A DNA stretch of 64,000 bases from Candidatus Latescibacterota bacterium (GCA_964291625.2 OZ220089.1:832001-896000); one strand, 5' to 3'; shown: positions 39,493 to 49,724, counted from the stretch's first letter. The notes: generated from the letters alone by a model not told the origin. Translations and numbers: made by a program.

Positions 39493-40874
39493 GCGAGCTC
39501 TCTCCCAACGCGCAGGCGATTCTGCTGCTGACCGCCCCCCTGATCACCGGTCGCGGAAAGCCGTCCGCCGACCCGCTGACAGCCGCCGAATACCGCCTGC
39601 TGGCGCGCCGGCTCCGGGAACTGCAGCGGCAGCCCGCCGACCTTCTGACTCGTGACTCGAAGGCGATACTGAAAGACTGTCGTTTCGGTCGGGACCCGGA
39701 CCGGATCGAGCGGTTGCTCGACCGAGGGTTTCTGCTCAGTCAGGCGGTTGAGCGTTGGCGCACGCGGGCGATCTGGGTGGTGAGCCGGGCCGATGGCGCA
39801 TATCCCCGGCGCCTGAAGAAGCGTCTTGGTGAGGAGGCCCCCCCAATCCTCTACGGTTGCGGTGACCCCACAATCCTGGACGCGGGAGGTCTTGCGGTTG
39901 TCGGCTCACGCAAGGTGGACGACACGTTGATCGAATACACGGAAGGGATCGGGCGGCTTACGGCCGCAGCACAGCGCGCGCTGTATTCGGGAGGCGCACG
40001 CGGCATCGATCAGGCCGCGATGCGAGGAGCACTGGGGGCGGGTGGACGCGTGGCCGGCGTCCTGGGCGACAGCCTCGAAAAAGCAGTTGTGCGCAGGGAC
40101 TATCGCAATGCCCTGGTGAGCGAACAGTTGGCCTTGGTGTGCCCGTACGACCCGGCCGCCCGCTTCCAGGTGGGACATGCCATGAAACGAAACAAACTCA
40201 TCTATGCGCTGGCAGATGCGGCACTGGTGGTCAGCTCGGACTACGGGAAGGGAGGCACTTGGTCAGGAGCGGTCGAACAGCTAGACAAGCTGAAGCTCGT
40301 CCCGGTATACGTGCGCACCAACGAGGGATTGGATGAGGGTCTGGACGGGCTCCGAGAGCGCGGCGCCATTCCATGGCCGAATCCAAGGACTCCGGAGGCA
40401 CTGGAGGAGGGCTTGAGCGCACGACCGGTGTCGGAATACGGTGCACGGAATCCGGGGACACTGGCGCTAAGCGTTCGGGACGGCCTGGCGACGGAGCCCG
40501 CAACAACAGCGAAGTCTCTCCCGGTGGCCGGTTCGACGATGGCTGACGATTTGTACACCAAGGTGAGAGAGCTGGTCGAAGCCATGGACAGCCCCAGGAC
40601 CGAAGCGAGGGTTGCCGGCTATCTGCAGGTCTCCAGAACGCAGGCGAGAGTCTGGTTGACACGCTATATCGAGGAGGAGCTGAAGGTGCTGTTCGGACAC
40701 ACGGACACCTTCAAGACGGAGTCCGAAGTTGCCGAGGAACTTCAGGTCTCGAAGCATCAGGTCCGTGGTCACCTGAGGCGACTGGTCGAAGAAGGGGCCA
40801 TCGAGAAACTCTCCCGGCCGGACAGGTATCGCTCCACTTCCTCGATAGGTCCCCTCTTCGATGTGAAAGACTGA
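39489..40874 (+). CDS. rqlI: DprA/Smf-like protein with C-terminal winged-HTH repeats (RqlI-like)
   Basis: [38 protein letters not shown]; two HTH-like segments; ATGA overlap with helicase. Confidence 0.78.
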   Translation: MSELSPNAQAILLLTAPLITGRGKPSADPLTAAEYRLLARRLRELQRQPADLLTRDSKAILKDCRFGRDPDRIERLLDRGFLLSQAVERWRTRAIWVVSRADGAYPRRLKKRLGEEAPPILYGCGDPTILDAGGLAVVGSRKVDDTLIEYTEGIGRLTAAAQRALYSGGARGIDQAAMRGALGAGGRVAGVLGDSLEKAVVRRDYRNALVSEQLALVCPYDPAARFQVGHAMKRNKLIYALADAALVVSSDYGKGGTWSGAVEQLDKLKLVPVYVRTNEGLDEGLDGLRERGAIPWPNPRTPEALEEGLSARPVSEYGARNPGTLALSVRDGLATEPATTAKSLPVAGSTMADDLYTKVRELVEAMDSPRTEARVAGYLQVSRTQARVWLTRYIEEELKVLFGHTDTFKTESEVAEELQVSKHQVRGHLRRLVEEGAIEKLSRPDRYRSTSSIGPLFDVKD

Positions 40875-40891
40875 TGTCAAGGAAAGAACCC

Positions 40892-41293
40892 ATGGGCAAC
40901 AGGATCGACAGGACCGACGAGGAGTGGCGGCAGCTGCTGACGGACGAGCAGTACGCCATCCTGCGGCAGAAAGGCACGGAGCGGCCCTTCACGGGCGAGT
41001 ACTGCGACCACAAGGGCCGGGGCACCTACGTCTGCGCCGGCTGCCGGGCCCAGCTCTTCGCCTCCGGCGACAAGTTCGACTCCGGCAGCGGCTGGCCGAG
41101 CTTCACCGCGCCCCGGACCGAGGAGGGCGTGGACCTGGAGGCCGACCACAGCCACGGCATGACCCGCACCGAGGTGCTGTGCGCGCGCTGCGGCGGCCAC
41201 CTGGGTCACGTCTTCCCCGACGGCCCGGCGCCCACGGGGCTGCGCTACTGCATCAACTCGGCGGCCCTCGACTTCGAGGGGGAGGAAGGCTGA
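40892..41293 (+). CDS. msrB: peptide-methionine (R)-S-oxide reductase
   Basis: GTERPF, two CxxC, SGWPSF, HLGHVF.DGP, RYCINS. Confidence 0.96.
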   Translation: MGNRIDRTDEEWRQLLTDEQYAILRQKGTERPFTGEYCDHKGRGTYVCAGCRAQLFASGDKFDSGSGWPSFTAPRTEEGVDLEADHSHGMTRTEVLCARCGGHLGHVFPDGPAPTGLRYCINSAALDFEGEEG

Positions 41294-42033
41294 TGATCGT
41301 CGGCGACTTCGAAGCCTACATGCCCGAGGAGTTCGACGGCGCTCCCTACGGGCGGGACGGGATCCTGCGCACCATGGACGAGGCGGGAATCGACTTCTCC
41401 GTCGTCTTCCCCGGCGGCCTGCCGCCGGACCCGCGGGCGATCAACGCCGAGCTGCTGGCCGCCCTCGAGGGCGACGACCGCCTCCTGCCCGGCTGTCTGA
41501 TCAACCCGACCCTGGGGCCCCTGGCCGTGGACGAGCTGCGGCGCTGCGTCGACGCCGGGGCCCGCTCAATGAAGCTCATGGCCGCCGCCCACGGGTACCG
41601 CCTCGACGGCCCGGCGCCGGACGCGGTGATGGCCGCCGCCGCCGACCTCGGCCTCCCCGTGACCATCCACTCCGGCTCGGAGGTCTCGGGCTGCTCGCCG
41701 GCCTTCATCGGCGCCCTGGCCGGCCGCCACCCGGAGGTGACGATCATCATGGACCACATGGGATACCGCGAGTGGGTGGGCCTGGCCGTCGACGCGGCCT
41801 CGGCCAACCCGCGCATCTACCTGGGTACGACGCTGATCGCCGCGGCCGAGCCGATCACCATCAAGAAGATCATCCACGAGGGACGGGTGGGCGCCGGCCG
41901 CGTCGTCTTCGGCAGCAACGCCCCCAGCGGCGTGGCGGTCAACGGCGTGAGGGGGATCCGCGGCCTCGGCCTCGGCGCCGCGGACGAGGCGGCCGTCCTC
42001 GGGGGCAACCTGGCGGCGATCTACGGGGTGTGA
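41293..42033 (+). CDS. amidohydrolase_2 family protein
   Basis: TIHSG, MDHMG, VFGSNAP; TGATG overlap with msrB. Confidence 0.85.
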   Translation: MIVGDFEAYMPEEFDGAPYGRDGILRTMDEAGIDFSVVFPGGLPPDPRAINAELLAALEGDDRLLPGCLINPTLGPLAVDELRRCVDAGARSMKLMAAAHGYRLDGPAPDAVMAAAADLGLPVTIHSGSEVSGCSPAFIGALAGRHPEVTIIMDHMGYREWVGLAVDAASANPRIYLGTTLIAAAEPITIKKIIHEGRVGAGRVVFGSNAPSGVAVNGVRGIRGLGLGAADEAAVLGGNLAAIYGV

Positions 42034-42089
42034 GAGGAACGGACCTCCGCCGGGGCCAGGTCCCGGGGCGGGTTCCCAGACATTTCATA

Positions 42090-42126
42090 CCTTGTAAATT
42101 GTTGGTCTGACTTCCATATTACAAGG
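42090..42126 (+). promoter_or_regulatory. inverted repeat / putative operator-promoter of the AAA ATPase gene
   Basis: CCTTGTAA-N21-TTACAAGG in an AT-rich patch ending just before ATG 42128; no SD. Confidence 0.4.
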
Positions 42127-42127
42127 C

Positions 42128-43306
42128 ATGAAATTCGTGGACAGAGCCCTGGGCCGGCGCTTTCTCCGGCTCCTGCGGACCTTCCCCTGCGTCCTCGTCA
42201 CCGGGCCCCGGCAGTGCGGCAAGAGCACCTTCGTCCGTCACATGCTGCCGCGCTGGAGGCACCTCGACCTGGAGCGGCCGGCCGATCAGCTGCTGCTCGA
42301 GTCCGACCTGGAGGGCTTCTTCGACGCCCACCCGCGGCAGGTCGTGATCGACGAGGCGCAACGCCTGCCCGAGCTCTTCCCCCTCCTGCGGCACGTCGTC
42401 GACCGCGAACCGGGAAAGGGCCGCTTCGTGCTCCTGGGATCGGCCAGCCCGCAGCTCACGCGCCGGGTCTCGGAGACCCTGGCCGGCCGCATCGGTCTGC
42501 TGGAGCTGACCCCCTTCCGAGCCCTGGAGCTGGCCGACGGCCGCCACGCCCGCCATCGCTGGTTCTTCGGCGGCTATCCCCCGGTCCACGGCATTCAGAG
42601 CTTCGCCTCCCGCATGGACTGGCTCGACGGCTACGTCACCACCTTCCTCGAGCGGGACCTCCCGGCCATGGGGCTGGCCCTTCCCGCCCCGCGGCTGCGC
42701 CGCCTCTGGACGATGCTGACCCATGTCCACGGGAGCCTGCTCAACGTCTCCGACCTGGCTCGCTCCCTGACCGTCTCCACCCACACGGTCAACCACTACC
42801 TCGACGTGCTCGAAGGGGCCTTCCTCATCCGCCGCCTGGCGCCGCTCCATGCCAACGTGCAGAAACGGCTGACCCGGAGCCCCAAGCTCTACGTCCGGGA
42901 TACGGGGCTGCTGCACTTCCTGGCCGGCCTTCGCCGGCCGCCGGACCTGGAGACCTGGCCGAAGCGGGGGCACTCCTTCGAGGGACTGGTCATCGAGGAG
43001 ATCGCCGCCCTCGCCGCCCAGCACCAGGCGAGACCCGAGATCCACTTCTGGCGCACCCAGGCCGGCGCCGAGGTCGACCTGGTGATCCACCACCGGGGGC
43101 GGCCCATCCCGGTGGAGGTCAAGCTCGGAGCAGCCGTCGACCGCTACGCCGTGGCGGGCCTGCGCCAGTTCATGAAGGACTTCGACGCGCCGCGGGGGTG
43201 GGTGGTGTCGCGCACCCCCGAGCGGCGCCGACTGGGCCGCGACGTGGAGATCGTCCCCTGGGAGGAGGTGGCCGCCGGCCGCGAGGAGTTCGGTCTGGCG
43301 GACTAG
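42128..43306 (+). CDS. AAA_14 ATPase with DUF4143 (PD-(D/E)XK-like) C-terminus
   Basis: GPRQCGKS, IDEAQ, ETLAGR, GGYP, SPKLY..DTG, EVDL...PVEVK. Confidence 0.9.
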   Translation: MKFVDRALGRRFLRLLRTFPCVLVTGPRQCGKSTFVRHMLPRWRHLDLERPADQLLLESDLEGFFDAHPRQVVIDEAQRLPELFPLLRHVVDREPGKGRFVLLGSASPQLTRRVSETLAGRIGLLELTPFRALELADGRHARHRWFFGGYPPVHGIQSFASRMDWLDGYVTTFLERDLPAMGLALPAPRLRRLWTMLTHVHGSLLNVSDLARSLTVSTHTVNHYLDVLEGAFLIRRLAPLHANVQKRLTRSPKLYVRDTGLLHFLAGLRRPPDLETWPKRGHSFEGLVIEEIAALAAQHQARPEIHFWRTQAGAEVDLVIHHRGRPIPVEVKLGAAVDRYAVAGLRQFMKDFDAPRGWVVSRTPERRRLGRDVEIVPWEEVAAGREEFGLAD

Positions 43307-44196
43307 CCCTCCAGGCCCAGGCCGATGAGGCGGTCGGCGTTGCGCCAGAGGATCTTCTCCAGCACCTCGGTGGTCACGTGGCCGTCGTCCCGCGCCTGGG
43401 TGAGCCACTCGATCTGCTGGAAGTCCAGCTCCACGTCGGTGTGGTCGAGGCCGAGGAGGAGGCGGTCCTGGAACTCGTCGAGGAACTCCCAGGTGAATGC
43501 GGGGTCCCGGGTGATGGCGTTGAACCCGGAGCCGGCCGACAGGTCGCCGTTGAGGTTGGGGTACTCCCGCAGCAGCCGGACCACGGTGCCGCCGGGGGCC
43601 ACCGGCCCGTCGGGGTAGCCCTCCTTCTGGTCGGCGGTGACGTCGCCGCTGATCTCGCTCCAGAAGGAGGCGCTGTGACCGAAGAAGACGAGATCCGGGT
43701 AGGTGCGCAGGACCAGCTCGAAGCGGGGCAGGCCGAGGGTGTCGATGACGCCGTAGGTGACCTTCTCCGGCGGCGAGGTGTGGAAGGTGACGGGAAAGCC
43801 GACCTTCTCGCAGGCGGCGAAGAGGGCCATCATCTTCGGGTGGTCGAACCACAGGCGGGTGGTCAGCTCGCCGAGGCCCTTGAAGCCGGCTTCCTTGTAC
43901 TGCTCCAGCCCCCACTGGAAGTGCTCGGGGGTGGTCCAGTCGTGGCGGCGCGGATCGATCTCGCAGAAGGGGATGAAGCGCCCCGGGAAGCGCTCGCAGA
44001 TCGACAGCACCTCGCCCATGCTCTGGCGCTCCGCCGGGCCCTCGGCGCCGTTGAGGGGGAGGATGACGGCCATGTCGATCCCCTTCTCGTCCATGCGCCG
44101 CACCTGCTCCTCGGCGGTCATGAAGCGCAGGCCGGAGGAGCGGTTCTTCATCAGGACGGGGCGGGCGAAGACGTGGGCGTGGACATCGATGATCAT
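43303..44196 (-). CDS. amidohydrolase_2 family protein
   Basis: MIIDVHAH, KGLGE, TFH, FGH, DLSAGSG, LGLD. Confidence 0.88.
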   Translation of the reverse strand: MIIDVHAHVFARPVLMKNRSSGLRFMTAEEQVRRMDEKGIDMAVILPLNGAEGPAERQSMGEVLSICERFPGRFIPFCEIDPRRHDWTTPEHFQWGLEQYKEAGFKGLGELTTRLWFDHPKMMALFAACEKVGFPVTFHTSPPEKVTYGVIDTLGLPRFELVLRTYPDLVFFGHSASFWSEISGDVTADQKEGYPDGPVAPGGTVVRLLREYPNLNGDLSAGSGFNAITRDPAFTWEFLDEFQDRLLLGLDHTDVELDFQQIEWLTQARDDGHVTTEVLEKILWRNADRLIGLGLEG

Positions 44197-44221
44197 GGAG
44201 GACTCCCGAGAGGTGGATGAG

Positions 44222-44812
44222 ATGGAGGGAACGGTCGAAGACGGAAGGCAGCGGCGCAAGTCGCCCGAGGCCGGGCCGGACAACCGCTACCAGGAGCGCT
44301 TCGGCGAGCCGAGCGAGCGCGCCCGCCTGAAGGTGGCCGGCCGCATGGACCCGTACGTGCAGGAGTTCGTGCGCCACGCCCCCTTCGCGGTGATGTCGAC
44401 GGCCGGCGGGGACGGCCGCTGCGACGCCAGTCCGAGAGGCGGGCGCCCCGGCTTCGTCAAGGTCCTGGACGACCGCCGGCTGCTGCTGCCCGACGTGCGC
44501 GGCAACAAGCTCTTCCAGAGCTACGCCAACATCGACGCCAACCCCAACGTGGGGCTGATCTTCTTCATCCCCGGCGTCGACTACACGGCGCGCGTCAACG
44601 GCCGGGCCCGCGTCGTGGACGAGGAGGACCTGAGGGCCCGGGGCATCTCGATGGAGATCTTCAACCCCGACGACGAGGCCGCCCTGCTCCAGGGGCTGCT
44701 GATCGAGGTGGAGGAGTCCTACCCCCACTGCCCGCGGGCGCTCAAGTTCTCGCGCCTGTGGGACGAGGGGGTCATCGCCGGCAACCGCGAGGATCCGCCC
44801 GTCACACGCTGA
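44222..44812 (+). CDS. pyridoxamine 5'-phosphate oxidase-family FMN-binding protein (MSMEG_1061-like)
   Basis: DASPRGG, LLPD.RGN, NPNVGLIFFIPG, RVNGRA, HCPRA..SRLW. Confidence 0.88.
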   Translation: MEGTVEDGRQRRKSPEAGPDNRYQERFGEPSERARLKVAGRMDPYVQEFVRHAPFAVMSTAGGDGRCDASPRGGRPGFVKVLDDRRLLLPDVRGNKLFQSYANIDANPNVGLIFFIPGVDYTARVNGRARVVDEEDLRARGISMEIFNPDDEAALLQGLLIEVEESYPHCPRALKFSRLWDEGVIAGNREDPPVTR

Positions 44813-44988
44813 CAGTCAGTTCTCTCGGCAAGGACCCGCTGCTTCGGCCTCCTCGTCAAGCAGCCTCGCAACGGTTTCGGAGGTAACGCGGGCACCCCGG
44901 GCCGGCAGGTGCGGCAAACCGTCATCGTCCACCTCGAAGAGGGCGGGCGCTGAAGCGCCGTCGTGCACCTCACACACAGTCGGTCCCC

Positions 44989-45729
44989 TCAGGTCAGATG
45001 GGCGTCGGCGGACCGGGGCGCGTCCAGGCCGCGGTCCATGCGCAGCAGCTGCCTCTGGCGCTCGTTCAGCCGCCCCAGCCACTCGGGCGGGAAGCCGTCG
45101 TGGGGGTCGACCTGGAAGACGAGCATGCGCTTGCGGTAGTGGCCGAAGAGGGCGTGGCGGTTGCGGTCCCCGCGGTTGGCGCCGCCGCCGTGCCAGGTCT
45201 GGCCGTTGAAGACGAGGACGCTGCCGGCGGGGGCCGCGGCGGTGACCACGTGCTTCAGCTCCAGCCCCGGCGGCGGCTCCGCGAGGCCGCTGCGGTGGGT
45301 CCCCGGGATCACCCGGGTGGCGCCGATCTCCTCGGTGAAGTCGTCGAGCATCCACACCGTGTTCAGCATCACCGGCCCGCGCAGGTTGAGCATGTCGCCG
45401 GGGATGTCGCTGTGAAGGCCCTGCTCGCCGTCGCCGGGCCGCACGATGCGGGCGTTGAGGCTGCCGAGGACCAGGCCGGCGCCGAGGTAGTGCTCGAGGA
45501 CGGGCAGGGTCCGGGGGTGGTCGATGGTGGTCCAGAACACCGGGTCCAGGGTCGGCAGGTTGGCCACGTGCCGGGCCGCGCCCCGGTGGCGGTGATCGGT
45601 GCCGACCTCCCGCTCGCAGCGGATCAGGGCCCGCCGCATCGCCTCCGTCTCCCCGGGGGTGAGCACCGCCTCGAGGATGGTGAAGCCGTAGGCATCGATC
45701 TCCTGCACCGCCTTCTCGACCTCGGTCAC
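44989..45729 (-). CDS. phytanoyl-CoA dioxygenase (PhyH) family protein
   Basis: QGLHSD, GATRVIPGTH, WHGGGAN. Confidence 0.88.
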   Translation of the reverse strand: MTEVEKAVQEIDAYGFTILEAVLTPGETEAMRRALIRCEREVGTDHRHRGAARHVANLPTLDPVFWTTIDHPRTLPVLEHYLGAGLVLGSLNARIVRPGDGEQGLHSDIPGDMLNLRGPVMLNTVWMLDDFTEEIGATRVIPGTHRSGLAEPPPGLELKHVVTAAAPAGSVLVFNGQTWHGGGANRGDRNRHALFGHYRKRMLVFQVDPHDGFPPEWLGRLNERQRQLLRMDRGLDAPRSADAHLT

Positions 45730-46607
45730 GCCCCTCCTCCTTTGCCCAGGACCCGCGCCATGGCGCGGATGTGCTCCGGCCCGGCGCCGCAGCAGGCGCC
45801 GACGTATCCGATCCCGGCGGCGGCGGCGCGTCCGGCGAAGCGGGCGAACGTCTCGGGGCCGGCCGCCCCGGGCGAGCTCCACCAGGAGTGCCACGCCGAC
45901 GGCTGGCAGCAGACGGGCACGTCCACGGCCGCCCGCATCTGCCTGGCGCACTCCATCTGCCGGTCCGGCGGCCACAGGCAGTTGACGCCGACCACGTGGG
46001 CGCCGGCGTCGGCCAGCCGGCGGGCGCACTCGGCCGGACCGGCGCCGTCGCGGGTGAGCCGGCCCTCGTCGGCGAAGCTCATGGTGACGACCAGGGTGTG
46101 GTCGGTCCGCCGCGCCACCTCCAGGGCCACGAGGGCCTCGTCGAGCCACTCGAAGGTCTCCAGGATCAGGAAGTCGACGCCCTCGCCGCAGATCCAGGGG
46201 AGCTGCTCCTCCAGCCACTCGCGGGTGCGCCGGCGCGTGGACTCGTCGGCGGGATCGTAGTCGCCCTCGACGATGCTGGGGCTGTTGAGGTTACCCGCCA
46301 CCAGGCCGCCGCCGCCGGCGGCCTCGCGGGCGATGCGGCAGGCGGTGCGGTTGATCTCCTCGGCGCGGTCTCCGAAGCCGGCGCGGGCGAGCATGTTGGT
46401 GGTGCCGAAGAAGGTCAGGGTCTGCAGGACCTCGGCGCCGGCGCCGCGGAACTCGGCCGTCAGCCGGCGCACCTCCTCGGGATGGGTGGCCACCACCTCC
46501 GGGGTCATGGAGCCGGCCTGCAGGAACCCCCGCAGGCGCAGGGCCATCAGGTAGCCTCCGTCGCCGAGGACGGGCCCTTCCTCGAGGCGCTGGAGCAGGT
46601 CCTTCAA
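45726..46607 (-). CDS. homocysteine S-methyltransferase family protein
   Basis: LGDGG, AGAEVLQT, ILETF, GVNC, GACCG; TTG start overlapping upstream stop. Confidence 0.88.
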   Translation of the reverse strand: MKDLLQRLEEGPVLGDGGYLMALRLRGFLQAGSMTPEVVATHPEEVRRLTAEFRGAGAEVLQTLTFFGTTNMLARAGFGDRAEEINRTACRIAREAAGGGGLVAGNLNSPSIVEGDYDPADESTRRRTREWLEEQLPWICGEGVDFLILETFEWLDEALVALEVARRTDHTLVVTMSFADEGRLTRDGAGPAECARRLADAGAHVVGVNCLWPPDRQMECARQMRAAVDVPVCCQPSAWHSWWSSPGAAGPETFARFAGRAAAAGIGYVGACCGAGPEHIRAMARVLGKGGGA

Positions 46608-47839
46608 CTCAGCAGCTCGATGGCGGCCCGGCGCAGCCGCGGCTCCTCGCCGGCGCCCAGGGCCGCGAAGAGGGGCTCGTCGCCGCCCTCCTGGTGGGCC
46701 TCCGGCGTCGGCAGGTAGCCCACCTCCGGGCAGGGGTTGCACAGGACCACCAGCGGATCGGCGGGGACCGCGGCTCGGATCGCTTCCGCCGTCTCCACGA
46801 AGGGCTCGCCCGGCACGTGCAGCAGGACGCCGCCGCCGACGCGGACCGCGCTCAGGGTGACGGGCTGCGCGTCCCTCTCCTCGAAGTGGCGGGCCCGCCA
46901 GTAGTCGTAGCGCGCCAGCCCTTCGGCCTCGGAGGGGCGGGACTCCCACTCCGCCTTGGCGGCCTCCACGCCGGCGGTGGCCGCGGGCTCCAGCTCGACG
47001 GTGGCGGAGCGCCGCTCCAGGTCGGCGGCGCCGGGCTCCAGGGTGGACCACACCTGCCGCACGGTGGCCGCCAGCGACCGGCCGATACGCGCCGCCGGGT
47101 CCTGCTCGCGGCGCACGGGGTGGACGTTGCCGAGGGCCCCCTGGAAGAACAGGGAGTCGATGCCGGCGGCGGCCAGCTCCCGCGACAGGCGGCCCGGGTA
47201 GTCGCCGGAGATGTTGCCGCGGTCGTCCCACAGGGCCAGGGCGTGGCAGCCGAAGGCGACGAGGGCCGCGGGCCGGCGGCCCTCCCGGTCGACGCGCAGG
47301 ACGCCGACCTGCCGGTCCACGGCGTCGTAGCGCAGCTCCTCGGGCGGCGTGGGGAACTCGGTGAGGCTCACCATCCTCAGGCGGCCCTCCTCGTCGTGGG
47401 CCCGGCGGTTGTACTGCAGGCCGGCCTCGGCGGTCCCGGCGCCGACGGCGAGTCGGGCCGGCACGGCGTCGCGGCAGGCGGCTTCGATGACCCCGGCGGC
47501 GGCCCCGGCGTAGTCCTCGTCGCGGCCGAACTCCTTGAGAGCCTCCGTCGGCTGGTTGTGGTAGTAGGAGAACAGGGTCGGACCGGTGCCGATGTGGCTG
47601 GCGCCGGGCAGGACCCACCCGGCCTCGACGCCGGCGGCGGCCAGGCGCCGCGCCGCCGAGGCGAGCATCGCCTCGTCGAGGACGAAGAGATCGGCGGCGA
47701 GGAAGGTCACCCGGCGGCCGCCCTGGCGCAGGTGCAGGGCCCGCAGGTAGATGGGGTCGAAGATCTCGAAGCTCGGCGGGTCGTCCAGGGCCGGGGTGAT
47801 GTCGACCCGGGCGAAGCCGGCCAGCAGGGGATCGCTCAC
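46604..47839 (-). CDS. neutral ceramidase-like hydrolase
   Basis: AGFARVDITP, ASH..TGP, NRR, GCH, SGDYPG, QGA.GN, PGEPF. Confidence 0.78.
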   Translation of the reverse strand: MSDPLLAGFARVDITPALDDPPSFEIFDPIYLRALHLRQGGRRVTFLAADLFVLDEAMLASAARRLAAAGVEAGWVLPGASHIGTGPTLFSYYHNQPTEALKEFGRDEDYAGAAAGVIEAACRDAVPARLAVGAGTAEAGLQYNRRAHDEEGRLRMVSLTEFPTPPEELRYDAVDRQVGVLRVDREGRRPAALVAFGCHALALWDDRGNISGDYPGRLSRELAAAGIDSLFFQGALGNVHPVRREQDPAARIGRSLAATVRQVWSTLEPGAADLERRSATVELEPAATAGVEAAKAEWESRPSEAEGLARYDYWRARHFEERDAQPVTLSAVRVGGGVLLHVPGEPFVETAEAIRAAVPADPLVVLCNPCPEVGYLPTPEAHQEGGDEPLFAALGAGEEPRLRRAAIELLS

Positions 47840-47851
47840 GGCGGGGGCGCC

Positions 47852-49048
47852 CTACAGCGACCAGGGCACGAGCCACTCGTCGGGGATGTGGATGCCGAAG
47901 CCCGGACCCGGCGGCAGGCCCACCTCCCCGTTGACCGGGTACGGCGTGCCCGGGGTGGCGCGGTAGGCCCGGCGGCCGGCCTCCGACGGCGAGCCCTTGT
48001 AGCACTCCTCGAGGGGCACCCCCGGGGCGGTGGACTGGATGTACTCGATGAGGCGGGAGCCGGGTGCGGCGAAGGACCAGTGCTGCCCGTACAGCTCGTT
48101 GGCGCCGCAGTGGAGGTACATGGGGATCCCCGAGACCTCGCAGGCGTGGGACAGCTTGAGGGCCTCGGTGAAGCCGCCCACCCACTTGATGTCCGCCTGC
48201 ATGATGTCGACGAGGCCGTCGCGGGCGGCGCGCATCCCCGGGTGCCGGGTGGACCAGTGCTCGCCGGTGGCCATCGTCTGCCACGGCACCCGCCGGCGGA
48301 TCTCGCGGTAGCCGTCGTAGTTCCAGTAGGGCAGCATCTCCTCCATCCAGCCGATGCGGTAGGGCCGCAGGGCCTCGCACATGCGCACCGAGAAGTCGAT
48401 GTCGTAGGACATCCAGCAGTCGAGCATGAGCTCGGCGTCGGGGCCGATCGTCTCGCGGGTCTTGGCGACGTACTCGACCGTGCCCTCGAGGCCGGCCTGC
48501 CCGTGGTAGGCCGAGTAGGGGCGGGCGAGCTTGAACCTCGTGAAGCCGAGGTGCATGCCCCAGTCGACGTCGTTGCCCGTGAGGTAGCAGGGCAGGGAGC
48601 GCCGGTGGGGGCCTCCCGCGAGGCGGTACACGGGCTGGTCCACCGTCTTGCCCCACAGGTCCCACAGGGCCAGGTCGACGGCGGCCACGGCGCGGGCCGC
48701 CAGGCCCTCCATGCCGAAGGAGAGGCACGAGTACCACATGCGGTCGTTGCAGGCGTCGACGGCGCCCACCTCCTGGCCGATCACCGCGGGGGCGAGGGTG
48801 TGGTTGATGAGGACGGCGGCGGTGTCGCCCGTGTCGGTGCTGCCGAGGCCGAAGGTGCCGTCCGTGGAGGTCGCCTTCACCCAGATGATGCCTCCCGGCT
48901 CGCGGCGGCGGACCCCGTCCAGGAAGCGGTCGAAGGGGGTCCCCTGCTGGGCGCCCCACCGCTTTCGCCAGGGCTTGGTGCCCTCGTGCTCGGGGGGCGG
49001 CGGCTCGAGGGTGAAGACCTCGATGCGGTCGACGGTGGGGACGCTCAT
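47852..49048 (-). CDS. enolase-superfamily acid-sugar dehydratase (L-rhamnonate dehydratase-like)
   Basis: AVDLALWDL, LMLDCWMS, WMEE, GEH, DIKWVGG, PGFG. Confidence 0.85.
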   Translation of the reverse strand: MSVPTVDRIEVFTLEPPPPEHEGTKPWRKRWGAQQGTPFDRFLDGVRRREPGGIIWVKATSTDGTFGLGSTDTGDTAAVLINHTLAPAVIGQEVGAVDACNDRMWYSCLSFGMEGLAARAVAAVDLALWDLWGKTVDQPVYRLAGGPHRRSLPCYLTGNDVDWGMHLGFTRFKLARPYSAYHGQAGLEGTVEYVAKTRETIGPDAELMLDCWMSYDIDFSVRMCEALRPYRIGWMEEMLPYWNYDGYREIRRRVPWQTMATGEHWSTRHPGMRAARDGLVDIMQADIKWVGGFTEALKLSHACEVSGIPMYLHCGANELYGQHWSFAAPGSRLIEYIQSTAPGVPLEECYKGSPSEAGRRAYRATPGTPYPVNGEVGLPPGPGFGIHIPDEWLVPWSL

Positions 49049-49076
49049 CCAATGGCTCCTTTCGAATGTGAAGGGA

Positions 49077-49724
49077 TCAACCCTCTCCGACCTCGGCCGC
49101 GGAAGGGTCGCCGAGGTGGCCCTGGTCCCCCAGGCAGCGGATCGTCCAGCGGCCGGTGTCGTCACGGAGGAAGCGGCTGAAGCTGGTGTTGCCGACCTCG
49201 AAGGCCACCGGCCCGTCGAAGATGGGGAGGCCGAGGACGTGGCAGGCGAAAGAGGCGAGCACGCCGCCGTGGGTGACGGCCACCACCAGCTCCCCCGGGT
49301 GGCGGTCGGCGATCGCCTCCACCGCCTCCACGGCGCGCTTGCGGAAGGCGCGCTCGCTCTCGCCCCCCGGCACGGCGTAGTCGGGGTCGCCGGACTCGTA
49401 GCGGCTCCAGACCTCGGGATGGAGCCCCGGGATCTCCTCCTTGCGCAGCCCCTCGAAGAGGCCGTAGCCGCGCTCCCGCAGGCCGGTCTCCTCGATCAGC
49501 TCGTGGTGGTCCGGGTCGCGGATCAGCTCCGCCGTCTGGCGGCAGCGGCCCAGGTCGGAGGTGTAGAGGCGCGGGCTGGTGGTCAGGGCGTGGATGCGCG
49601 GGGCCAGCAGCCGGGCCTGGCTCAGGCCTTCCTCCGTCAGCCGGCTGTCCGACTGCCCCTGGAAGATGCGGGCGCGGTTGAACTCGGTGAGGCCGTGACG
49701 GATGAGGATCAGTTGCATGGTCAT
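49077..49724 (-). CDS. histidine phosphatase (phosphoglycerate mutase family)
   Basis: LIRHG, SDLGRC, GGES, THGG. Confidence 0.93.
   Translation of the reverse strand: MTMQLILIRHGLTEFNRARIFQGQSDSRLTEEGLSQARLLAPRIHALTTSPRLYTSDLGRCRQTAELIRDPDHHELIEETGLRERGYGLFEGLRKEEIPGLHPEVWSRYESGDPDYAVPGGESERAFRKRAVEAVEAIADRHPGELVVAVTHGGVLASFACHVLGLPIFDGPVAFEVGNTSFSRFLRDDTGRWTIRCLGDQGHLGDPSAAEVGEG

Noticed and set aside
39489-40874. Housekeeping competence dprA
   Set aside because: Coupled to an RqlH-type helicase in a lower-GC insert, with atypical termini and no topA/comM context.
45726-49052. 1108-aa ORF as a single fusion protein
   Set aside because: Only the last ~293 aa (methyltransferase) are protein-like; the rest overlaps two real genes in other frames.
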